Of a stretch of DNA of 64,000 nt, positions 1 to 10,872 are shown one piece after another (the stretch's first letter is position 1; every line of letters starts with the position of its first letter). Position numbers and translations under genes: made by a program. The stretch comes from Chiloscyllium plagiosum (taxonomy: Eukaryota), in contig NC_057734.1 in NCBI RefSeq assembly GCF_004010195.1, positions 13,755,741-13,819,740 of the forward strand, given 5' to 3'. The notes below the pieces were generated by a model, which saw only the letters and a program-made list of their open reading frames with translations, was not told the origin of the DNA and made no database searches.

Positions 1-495
1 TCTCCTTCCTATTGGAAGGGTGTTGTGAAACTTGAAAGGGTTCAGAAAAGATTTACAGGCTTGGAGGATTTGAGCTATAGGGAGAGGCTGAATAGGCTGG
101 GGCTGTTTTCTCAGGAGCATCAGAGGCTGAGGGGTGACCTTATAGAGGATAAAATTATGAGGGGCATGGATTGGATAAATAGGCAAAGTCTCTTCCTTGG
201 GGTGGGAGAGTCCAGAACTAGAGGCATAGGTTTAGAGTAAGACAGGAAAAAAACAAAAGAGACCGAAGGGTCAACTTTTTCATGCAGAGGATCGTATGTG
301 CATGGAATGAGCTGCCAGATGGTGGAGGCTGGTACAATTGCAACATTTAAAAGTCATCTGGATGAGTATATGAATAGGAATGGTATGGAGGGAAATGTGC
401 TGGCAAGTGGGACTAGATTAGGTTGGGATATCTGGTCAGCATGGATGTGTTAGATCGAAGGGTCTGTTTCCTTGCTGTACATCTCTATGACTCTA
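1..495 (+). mobile_element. CR1-clade (HER1-like) LINE 3' end
   Basis: KLERVQKRFT..LSYRERLNRLGLFS..RLRGDLIE; (CTCTATGA) tail. Confidence 0.9.
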
Positions 496-659
496 ATCAA
501 GAGGTATGACAATTCTTCTAATAGGGCCTACACTTTCAAAACTAGGTCTGAACCTGTGCCATCTACAACACTGAAACATGCCACAAGCCCCAGTACTGCT
601 GATGTCGCCCCTTCTATTCGTCTCTGTTAGGAAGACAGATGTCAAAAAGTAATGATAAG

Positions 660-830
660 TACGTGCTGGTTTTGGACTGGGGTGGACGAAGTTAAAAATC
701 ACACAACACCGTAACCCAACAGGTTTATTTGGAAGTACTCACTTTCAGTTCGCTGCTCCTTCATCGGACTGTTTCCTGATGAAGGAGCAGCGATCTGAAA
801 ACTAGTACTTCCAAATAAACTTGTGCGACT
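660..830. mobile_element. Palindromic mini-PLE of a different family with hammerhead motif
   Basis: Inverted arms ~720-766 and ~776-823; CTGATGA (776-782) AGGAGCAGCGATCT GAAA. Confidence 0.7.
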
Positions 831-1099
831 TTTAATTTCGAAACTTAAAATCAGTGGCTGGAAAAAGTATACTGATGTCCTTGAAGACAAATTTAAAAAC
901 ATAATATAAAACCAGCCCTCAATGGCATAATTCACCGTCCTCGATAAAACATGCAAAGACACTCAGGGAAAAAAAAACAGAAGTTGCAAATAGTCGGTGT
1001 AGCATTTTAAGGGGGAGAAACAACGTGCACTGAATGAATGGTACCAAAAGCAAAGTTTTAGAAATCCGAAATGAAATAAGCCTCAAATGCACAGGTACC

Positions 1100-1390
1100 A
1101 TCTGCCGACAGAGGTATGCGGCTCGCTGCTACTTCACATCACCGACCCACCCCCCTGGAGACAGGGTGACAGCTGCCGAGCGCCACGTGTGTGCTGAGAC
1201 GCAATATCCGGTTCTCCTGCGCCATGATGTAAGACGTCGTGGCGGTGACTTCCGGGCGGGTTGCTTGGCGCAGCGTCGGAGGTGAGTGACATGGCAGGCA
1301 AGGGAGCTGGGCAGGGACTGGAACTGGGGCAATCGGAAAGGGTGACTACAGCCGGTGTCCAGGGGGAGGCGGAGACTTAAACTTACCTCA
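1100..1390 (+). promoter_or_regulatory. CpG-rich promoter and probable non-coding first exon (ends 1281) of the TMEM248-like gene
   Basis: Local CpG enrichment; ETS site ACTTCCGG (~1248-1255), GC box GGGCGG, E-box CACGTG, YY1-like CGCCAT; consensus donor GGAG|GTGAGT at 1282. Linkage to the acceptor at 18512 is inferred. Confidence 0.6.
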
Positions 1391-1398
1391 GATGTTTT

Positions 1399-1688
1399 CA
1401 TAGAATTTCTACAGCGTGGAAACAGGCCATTTGGCCCAAGAAGTCCACGCCGACCCTCCACAGCGTATCTCACCCAGACCCATTCCCCTCCATTTAGCCC
1501 TGACTAATGTACCCAGGCTACACATCCCTGAACACTATGGCCAACTCGCTTAACCTGCACATCTTTGGACTGTGGGAGGAAGCCGGAGGAAACCCACGCA
1601 GACATGAGAATGTGCAAACTCCACACAGTCGCCCGAGGCTGGGATCGAGCCCGTGTCCCTGGCGCTGTGAGGCAGCAGTACTAACCAG
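1399..1688 (-). mobile_element. HE1-type tRNA-derived V-SINE
   Basis: Reverse strand reads TGGTTAG.ACTGCTGCCTCACAGCGCCAGG...GTGGAGTTTGCACATTCTC..GTCTGCGTGGGTTTCCTCCGG (V-domain). Confidence 0.85.
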
Positions 1689-2094
1689 TTTTGAAAGAAA
1701 TGGTACAGATCCAAACCTGAAGTTAGAAAGTTTTGCGCCCTGTTGTTCGGATTTTTTTTCAGTTCTAAGGAGAGAACTTGCTCACAGTCCTTACTTCTCC
1801 AAGTCATTGTGACACTTGTTCATTTGGCCACAAGTTTTACTAAGAACAGCTGACTGCCAACTCACATTTATGGTATCCCACAAATATCATCCCACAGTCT
1901 GCTCTTTCAAGTTTCCTGTTTACATTTGGATCTGATCGTGGTAGTTTCAATGACTGTCAAGAGTGTTTACTAAGATGGATATCTTCACTATCCATCACTA
2001 TCAGCCAGCTCAATGGAACTATCCAACTGCATTCTCCAACCATGGCTTCTTCGCTTTGTCCTGTTTTTGGGGGTGCCTCAAAGATAAGAAACAA

Positions 2095-2465
2095 ATAGAA
2101 GTTTATAAAATCTTGAGGGGAGTGAATAGGATGAATAGCCAAGGATTTTTTTCACCAAGGGAGGGGAATCCAAACTAGAGAGCATAGGTTTAAGATGCAA
2201 GGAAAGCTTAAAGAGGAATCTGATGGTGCAACTTCTCACGCAGAGGATGGTGTGTGTATGGAATGAGCTGCTAGAGGAAGTGGTGGAAGCTGGTACAATT
2301 GCAACATTTAAAAGGCATCTGGATGGGTACATGAATAGGACAGGTTTAGAGGGATATGGGCCAAATGCTGGCAAATAGGACGAGATTAATTTAGGACATC
2401 TAGTTAGCATGGACGAGCTGGACTGAAGCTACGCTTCCATATTGTACAACTCTAAAACTATGACT
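2095..2465 (+). mobile_element. CR1 LINE 3' fragment
   Basis: IEVYKILRG..; 3' UTR similar to the element at 1-495. Confidence 0.8.
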
Positions 2466-2711
2466 AACTTATTGCAAAGCCCCTTCTGGAGCTACTAACA
2501 TCTGAGTTTAAAATACTAAACTTCTTTAATGCCCTTACGTTTTACAAATAATGCTATTGCAGAATTCAAGAATGAGGATTATGATATGTAAGTAAACTTC
2601 CTCATACCAGTTTTTTGTGCATGTACCTTTTGGTACTTTGTATAATTCTGTTTTGTAATCTTTGTACCTGCAAACTAAAAAGTGAACATTTGTAAATGAA
2701 TTTTCCTCTTT

Positions 2712-3010
2712 GATTAGATTAGATTCTGTACAGTATGGAAACAGACCATTTGGCTCAACAAGTCCACACCGACTGTCTGAAGGGTAACCCACCCAGACTC
2801 ATTCCCCTACCCTATATTTACCTCTGACTAATGCACCTCAATTTAGCATAGCCAATTCACCTGACCTGCACATCTTTGGATTGTGGGAGGAAACCCACAC
2901 AGACACTGGGAGAATGTGCAAGCTCCACACAGACAGTTGCCTGAGGCTAGAATTGAACCTGGGTCCCTGGTATTGTGAGACAGCAGAGCTGACCGCTGTG
3001 CCACCATGCC
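2712..3010 (-). mobile_element. HE1-type V-SINE
   Basis: Same head and V-domain, (TTAGA)n tail. Confidence 0.85.
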
Positions 3011-3254
3011 TACTATTGCCTTTCTCTAGACAAATTACCTTCAGTGACATCTATTGTATTTGATATTGATCATGTATGAAGATAAGATAATGTGTGTAGT
3101 GTGCTTTAAATATTTTTCATTTGTTTGCATAAACATTTTAAATAACACAATCTTAGTCAAGATATTCCTTTCATATTTAGATTGGGGTTGGTGTATATAG
3201 TACTTCAGTAAAAAAAATCATCAATTTTATAAAGATATCAAATTTGCATTCTTA

Positions 3255-3995
3255 GAAGTTGCAGAGTCCTGCAGCATGGAAAGAGGCCCTTCAACTCGAC
3301 TTGTTCAAATTTGCCTGCATTTAGTCCAAATCTCCCTCAACTTTTCTTATCTATGTAGTTGTCCAAATGTCTCTTCAATGTTGTAATTGTAACCAGCTCT
3401 ACTATTACCTGTGGCAGCTCATTCCATATATGCACCACCTACTGTGAAAAAGTTACCCTTCAGGTCCCTTTTAAACATTTCCCTTTTTACCTGATACCTA
3501 TGCCGTGTAGTTTTGGACTCGTCCCTTACTATGGGGGAAAAGACCTTATGTATGCCCATCATGATTTTATGAACCTCCGCCTTCTGCCCTCCATGCAAAA
3601 AAAGACTTAGCCTATCTAGTGTCTCCTTATAACCAGTCTTGGTAACATATGTGTAAATCTTGGACCCTTTTCAGTTTAATAATATCCTTCCTATAGCGGG
3701 GAACCAGATTAGTAAGACTAAATTTGGAGTACTGCGTACAATGTCTTGTACAGCTGTAACATGATGTCCTAACTCTTGTACTCAGTGCTGTGACTAATGA
3801 AGGCAAGCGTGCCAAACACCGCTTTCAGCCTGTTTACCTGTGACACCACTTACAAGGAACTATGTATCTGTTCAACAACACTCTCCGGGGCAATTAACTG
3901 TGAAAGTTGACCTAGTTTGTCTAACCAAAATGCAACACCTTGTACTTATCTGAATTAACTCTATCTGCCATTCCTTAGCCCACTGTTCCTGTTGA
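3255..3995 (-). mobile_element. CR1 LINE 3' fragment
   Basis: PRYRKDIIKLKRVQ; CR1 3' UTR. Confidence 0.75.
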
Positions 3996-5820
3996 ACAAG
4001 ATCTTGGTGTACTCTATGAAAATTAAGTCAATTTTTTTTTCAGTAAAATGGCTTTTTTTAAAAAGAGATAAATCTTTTGAATTTGTCCCAAGTTTGGGGG
4101 TGACTCTACAAAGGGAAAAGAAGGTCTTGGGCAACAATGAACATCTTTTATTTAAGAACAATCCAAGGAATATTTCAGCACTATTGATGCCTGCTTCCTG
4201 TAATGTCTGGCTGGGAGTGATAATGGTCATGTTCCGTTATGTAATTTACAGCTATCTTAACAAAGCAAGTGGCAGTTTAGTTTGTCAAAATGTTTATCCC
4301 TGATCAAATACAAGCTCCAAAGACTATTATTTAACTGCTTGCAATGCCATCCATGCTGACTCCTATTCAGTGCAGGTCATTGGAAGAAAACTAATGAGCA
4401 GTGTAATTGAAGGAAACGTGACAAATTCTCCTGTGTACCAACACTTCACCATCTCCTCAGAAATGTCAGGATGTGAAACACTATATTATATAGTGGTAGG
4501 TTGTAAGTTTGGTAGTAAATCCAATAAGTAAAGTTCCACATTTTTCTCTTGTTTACAAGTGCATAATTAATACATAAAAATGCATATTTACAACATTAGC
4601 TCGTCATTTTTGGAAGATAGAAATTAAGCATTCATCTGATTTACTTACCCGTTTTAAAAAATTTTGTGAAATACATTTTTGTAAAGACAGTAGCTTCAAT
4701 TTCCAAAGAGCCTCTGGAAAATGTAGGAGTGGAAGTAGGCCATTTGGCCTGCTGAGTCTGTTTCAGCATTCAGTGAGATCATAACTGATCTGATAATCCT
4801 TAACTCCATTTCTTGCCTTAGCCCCATAACCTTTGATTTCTTACTGATTAAAAATCTGTCTCTCTCAGCTTGGATATATTTAATGACCCAGCCTCAACAG
4901 TTGTCTGCAGTAAAGAATTCCACTGGAAGATTTTCCTTCCCAGGCCATTGAAAATGTAACTTTATACTTAATTTCCAAATTTCATCACATGTATAATTAT
5001 GAAATAATACTTTCACAGTTATTTTGCAAATATTTGGTTAATAATTGAATGTTGACAGCACCGAAGGAGAACATTCAGCCCTTCATGTCTATGCCAACTC
5101 TGTCAGACCCACAATCCTGTCAGAACGCTGATTTTTTTTTTTACTCTGTCGACAATCATCCAATTCCTTTTTGAAAACTGTGGTTAAATTTGCCTCCTCC
5201 ACATTCTCAAGTAGTTCAACCCAGACCCTGAGCACACTGTTAAAAATGTTTTTCCTCACATCATCTTCAGTTCTTTTGACGTTTGGCTTCAAATCTGGTT
5301 CTCAACCTTTTCTCCAATGGAAAAAAAATTCTCTATTAAGAGCCATCAGAAACAGACCCTTTGATCCAACTCATCCATGCCGACCAGATATCCTAACCTA
5401 ATATAGTCTCATTTGGCAGCACTTGACCCATATCCCTCTAAATTTTTCCAATTCATACAGCTATCCAGACGCCTTTTAAATGTTGTAATTATAACTAGGT
5501 CAACATTTTCTGTCCATCCCGAAGTGCCCTGGAAAAATTGGCAGTGAATTTCCTCCTTGAACTGATCCTTGGCATAGGAGCACACAGGATGCTGGTTAGG
5601 AAGGAATTTCTAGAATTTTGACCGAGCAACAGTGGTGGGTGGATAGGGGGAATCAAAAGCGATTGTAGTTCGAAGTCAGGACGTTGTGTGGCTGGGGAAC
5701 ATACAAGTGATAGTGTGAATGTACTTAGATTTTCAGAAGGTGTCTGATAGGTGCTGCTTCAAAAGTTTCTGTGTAAAATAAGAGCACTAACAGAAAACAG
5801 GTGTGAATTGATTAGTTTTG

Positions 5821-6030
5821 GAAACAAAAACAAGATGCTGGAGAAACTCTGGTTTCATTTATACTGTAACATCTGTGGAGAAAAGAACAGAGTTCTGAAG
5901 AAGAGTCATATCAAAAAACATTAATTCTGTTTCTCTTTCCACAGAGGCTGCCAGACATGCCAAGATTCTTTAACAATTTCTTTTTTTACTTTAGATGTCC
6001 AGCATCTGCAGTATTTTGTTTTTATTTGAT
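5821..6030. mobile_element. Degenerate palindromic mini-PLE
   Basis: CTGTGGAGAAAAGAACAGA / TCTGTTTCTCTTTCCACAG arms, CTGAAGA core, CCAGCATCTGCAG tail. Confidence 0.6.
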
Positions 6031-6179
6031 AATAACTATCTTGTTTGCAGCTGTGATGAGAGGAGTTTCACAAAGATCATTGCTAGGTCCTTGATTATTT
6101 ACAATTTATAACAAACGATTTGGACAAACAGACCAAAGATATGCTAAATTCGAACTTTAAAAATTATTTGGGCATTTCA

Positions 6180-7505
6180 GAGTGTAGTGCTGAGTTGTTG
6201 CCTTGAACTGATGCAGCCCATGTGCTGTAGGTATACTAGCCATGTTGTTTGGGAAAGAGTTACAGGATTTTGTCCCAACAATTGTGAATTAATGACAATA
6301 TAGTTATTTCCAAGTTAAAATAGTGAATAACATGGCGGTGAACTTGGAGATGGCACTGTTCTTGCTTGTCTGCTGCCCTTGATGTAGGTGATAGAGATTG
6401 TCGGTTTAGAAAGTGCTGTATAAGGAGTTGTAAGTTTGCAGTGCATCTTGTGGATGGTGCATACTGCTGCGTTATGATTCAGTAGAGCAAATAAATATTG
6501 ATGGTGTTCCACTTTAGCACAATGCTTTGTTTGAGATGGAATCAGGCTTCTTGTGTTGTTGGAGCTGCACTAATCCAGCCAAGTAGAGAGTATTCCATCA
6601 CACTCCTGACCCCATCATGTTCTTGACCTGTGCTTTGTGGATGGAAGCTTTGAGGAGTGAAGTCAGATAGCTGCTGCAGAATTCTCAGCCTGCAACCTGC
6701 TTTTGCAACTGCAGTATTTATTTGACGTTCAGTTCAGTTTCTGGTCAATAGTAACCCTAGTGAAGTTGTTTGTAAGGGATTCAGTGATGGTATTGGCATT
6801 GAACTTTAAGTAATGGTTGTTGGATTCTGTCTTGTTGAAGATGATCACTGTCCTACTGGTGTGTGAATGATACTGCAAGTTATCAGCCCCTGTCTGTATG
6901 ATATCTGGGTCTCCTTTCCTTTGAACATGGCCTGCTTCTGTATCTGAGAATTTACAATGGTTCTGAACACTAATCGTCAGTGAACATCCCCACCCCTAAC
7001 CTTTTGGAGTATATGTGATAAAGTAGTTAAAAATGATTGAGTCTGGGACTTTACCCTGAGGAACCCCTGCAGTGATGGCCTGTAGCTGAGATGATTGACC
7101 TCTATCAACCACGAGCCTCTTCCTTCGTGTTAGGTGCAACACCAAATAGTGCAAGATTTCCCCCAGCTTCTCATTAACTGTAATTTTGTTAGGATTCCCT
7201 TAATGCCATAGATGGTCAAATGCTGCCTTGACATCAGGGGCAGTGGCTAAACTTTTCCTTTCAAGAGCAGCTCCTTTTTCCATGTTTGGGCCTAGGCTGC
7301 AATGAAGTCAGGAGCTGAGTGAATCTGGTGGAGCCCAAATTGAGCATCAATGAGCAGATTATTGTTACATAAGTGCCACTTGATAGCACTGTTAGTGACA
7401 CCTTCCATCTGTTTGATGACAGAAAGTAGACTTGTTGGCTGCACTGGATTTGTCCTGATTTTTGTCCGTGGGATATAAGCAATTTTCCACATTGCTGGGT
7501 AGATG
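6180..7505 (-). mobile_element. Degenerate CR1/L2-group LINE, same family as 48520-50715
   Basis: NPVQ..SLLSVIKQMEGV.NSAIK.HL..NNLL.DAQFG..HSAPD RT motif. Confidence 0.7.
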
Positions 7506-7559
7506 CCGTTAGAGTCCGTGCCCAGAGGAAAATTATCCTTGTCTCTTGATTACTAGTTC

Positions 7560-8450
7560 AGTGATAATACAGTTATGGGCTACCTACCTTTTCCACAATG
7601 AAACATGATAGGTAGGAAAGTAAGTTGTGAAATGGACAAGAATCTACAGAGGGACATAGGTTAAAAGAGTTGGCAAAAAATTGACAAATGGAGTGTCTTG
7701 TCAGAAATGTGAACTTGTCCACTTTAGAAGGAACAGTGGAAAATGTATTATTTAAAAGGAGAGAGATTGCAGACCTCGGAGGTGTAGAGGCCTCTGGGTG
7801 ATCTGGTGCATGAATCATAGATTGTTAGAATGCAGGTACGGTAAGTGATAAAGGTGACCAAATGGAATGTTATAATTTATTACAAGGGAAATGAGCTATA
7901 AAGTTAGGGATCTTTAGCTACAGTTGCACAGAGAAGAGCACATCAGGAATAGTGTGTACGCTTCTGGTCTCCTTATTTAGAAGAATGTCAACAAATTAGA
8001 GACAGTTAAGAAAAAGTTCACTCAACTGTTACTTGGGATATAGGGTTAGCTTAAGGAAAAGTTTGATAAAACGGGCCCCTACATTGAGGTTTTGAAGGAT
8101 GGGAGATGATCTTATTGTAAAATACAATCCTGAAGGGATTTGACAGAGTGAATGCTGACAGGATGAAGTGGGAGAAAATAAAGCTAAGGAGCACAGTTTA
8201 GGAAGAAGGGGTTGCCTGTGAAAGATGAGGAAATATTTCTGAGGGTCATAAATCTTTGGAACTCTCTTCAAAGGATCATTGAATATTTTTAAGGCAGAGA
8301 TAGATGCTTGACAACATCTAAGTCAAAGGGTATTGTGGTACATGGAAAGTGAAGTTGAGATCACAATCTGATCAGCTATGACATCTTTAAATAATAGTGT
8401 AAGCTCAAAGGGGCTGAAAGACCTTGATATTCCTGTTCATTTGAATGTAA
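7560..8450 (+). mobile_element. Old CR1 LINE 3' region
   Basis: Degenerate W....WQM.....KC.L.H.G and WSPYL motifs. Confidence 0.65.
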
Positions 8451-9187
8451 TTTAGTCAGAGCAGAATAAAATATGTAAAATTTGCTATATCTGGTAGTAA
8501 CTTAAAAAAAAAATTCAGACCTGCTCTTATATGTGTTTTCTAGTCAACCTTTTCATCAATGTTCTTACACTCCTTTAGAGCAGGTGAGACTTGAACCTAG
8601 GCTTCTTGGTCCAAAGGTAGGGATGCTATCACTGCACCACAAGAGCCTACTACGTTTTCTGTTATATGATCAGGAGTCAGGTTAATCAACCAGAAGTAAT
8701 TTCCCAAAAGCTACAGTTGTACAGATGAGAATGCATCAAGAATAATGTGTACATTTCTGGTCTCCTTATTTAGAAGGATGTTAACAAATTTCAGTGTTGG
8801 ATCATTCACCAATAATCCTGCTGTGACATGCATGAACACAAGTGGACGTCAGATAAGCTGGCCTAGTATGGTTGTCAGCAGTGGACCAGTTCATTGGCAT
8901 TCACTGTCCAGGAATTCATGTGAAGAATGAACACTTTAGAAACACTGACCTGGGTCTTGAGGATGAGCTGTGGTGGTGAGAATATTGGAGGAGGAACCAT
9001 AATAACATTTGACAGTACTACTTATGCTCAGACATTAATGTTGAAGTCCACAAATGATCCTTTCTGCTAAATTGAGAACTGTGAAGTGATTTTTTTGTGG
9101 TGGTCAGCAAAAGAGATAGAAAGGCTATTCAAAATGTGTCCAAGATAGGACAATATAGGCACTCAATGAATAACTTGCTTACGATTT

Positions 9188-9410
9188 TAAAATGTAGGCA
9201 AGCAGAAGGCTAGAAGAGCACAGCAAGCCAGGCAGCATCAAGGGTTGGAGAAGCCTGGTGTTTTGGGTATAACCGTTCTTCCACCCCAATTCCTGAAACA
9301 GGGTTATACCCAAAATGTCAGACTTATTCACTTACAGATGCTGCCTGGCTTGCTGTGCTCTTCCAGCCCCCTGCTTGTCTACTTTGGATTTCAGCATCTG
9401 CAGATTTTTA
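9188..9410. mobile_element. Palindromic mini-PLE (diverged)
   Basis: GAAGAGCACAGCAAGCCAGGCAGCATC ... GATGCTGCCTGGCTTGCTGTGCTCTTC inverted arms; CAGCATCTGCAG tail. Confidence 0.8.
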
Positions 9411-9560
9411 TAAAAAAGCATGGTACAAAATAAATTACATGGTGACATCATGTACAATGAAGTTGATCACATTTCTGAAACTGAATGTGGAGGTCAGTTG
9501 AAGTCTGACTCAAAAAACTCAAGATTCCAAACCTGGTGTGTCTGGATCCATTATTGCATA

Positions 9561-9725
9561 CAGAGGAAACTCAATTATCTGGCATTCGATTATCCGAATT
9601 TTGGATTATCCAGCAAGATTGCAGGATCTCAATGTTTAGCTAAACTGTGTTATCTGACATTTGATTATCCAAACAAAATACTGCCCCCCCCCCCCCATGT
9701 TGTTCGGATAATCGAGGTTCCTCTA
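9561..9725. mobile_element. Tc1/mariner-superfamily (pogo/Tigger-like) MITE
   Basis: Imperfect TIRs CAGAGGAAACTCAATTATCTG / CGGATAATCGAGGTTCCTCTA, TA dinucleotides on both flanks, internal GATTATCC repeats. Confidence 0.75.
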
Positions 9726-10507
9726 TACATGCAAACAAAAACAGATCTCCTAAGTCTGCAATGGAGTTGCAGCAAAAATGATATTTCTTTTGTATTCAAA
9801 ATTCAAGAGTTGTTATGGAAACATGGCAATCATCTCCTCAATTGGTGTCAAAAATAGTGGGGTTTTACTGTGCAGTGGCATATGCCTATCTCAGAGGCCA
9901 GAAGGTCCAGGTTCAAGTTCTACCTGCCTGGGAGGTGTGATGAAATATGTTCAACAGGTTGATAAAGTAACTGGGGGTCCTAGCAACATATCTGACTGGC
10001 TTTGCAACCCTTGCTCACTGAGACTGCATTGTTGTGTAGGAGTTGGAGGTCATGTTGCAGGTACAGGCATTGGTTAGGCCACTTTCTGAATACTGTGTTC
10101 AGTTTTAGTCTCCCTGCTATAGGAAGGATGTTGTGAAACTTTAAAAGGGTTCAGGAAAGATTTAGAGGGTTTGAGAAGTGGTGGAGGCTGGTACAATTAC
10201 AGCATTTAAAAGGCATTTGGTTAGGTATATGAAAAGGGAAGGGTTAGAAGGATATGGGCCAAATGCTGGCAAATGGGACTAGATCAGTTTAGGATATCTG
10301 GTCGGCATGGATGAGTTCGACCAAAGGGTCTGTTTCCATGCTGTACATCTCTATGAGAACAGCTAAATCTGAACAAGCCGTAAGTTATCTTGGGTTTTTG
10401 AACTTCTAGACACTATAGGTCTTTGAGTAATTTGCAAGAAATTAAAGATAATCAGTAGCTGCCATTTTTCCAGTCAATGAATCTTTAATCATGCATATAA
10501 CTATATT

Positions 10508-10872
10508 TGAGGGTGATGCAATGGTTAGCACTGCTGCCTCACAGTGCCAGGAACCTGGGTTTGATTTCACCCTTTGGTGACTCTCTGTGTGGAGTTTGCA
10601 TGTTATCCTTGTGTCTGCACAGATTTCTGCCGGATGGTTCAGTTTCCTCCCACAGTCCAAAAATGTGCAGGTTAGGTGGATTGGCCGTGGTGGATTGGCC
10701 GTGGTAAATTGTCCGTAGTGTCTAGGGCGCGCAGACTGAGTGAGTCAGCCATGGTGCAGGTGGGGTGGAGGGGATAGGGTAAGCAGCTGAGTCTAGGTAG
10801 AATATTCTTTGGAGGGTTAGTACAGACTTGGTGGGCCAATTGGCCTCTTTCTACACTATAGGGATTCTATGA
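10508..10872 (+). mobile_element. HE1-type V-SINE
   Basis: TGGTTAGCACTGCTGCCTCACAG head, V-domain, CR1-like 3' tail. Confidence 0.85.

Noticed and set aside
1381-1390. ACTTACCT resembling the U1 snRNA 5' end
   Set aside because: No further U1 sequence; it is only a reverse-strand donor-like word next to a SINE
4301-4303. In-frame TGA as a possible selenocysteine codon
   Set aside because: No recognisable selenoprotein motif or SECIS element could be supported
8577-8650. tRNA-like sequence (related copies ~9855-9965, ~47017-47070, ~60628-60720)
   Set aside because: Degenerate dispersed copies without a full cloverleaf; SINE heads, not tRNA genes
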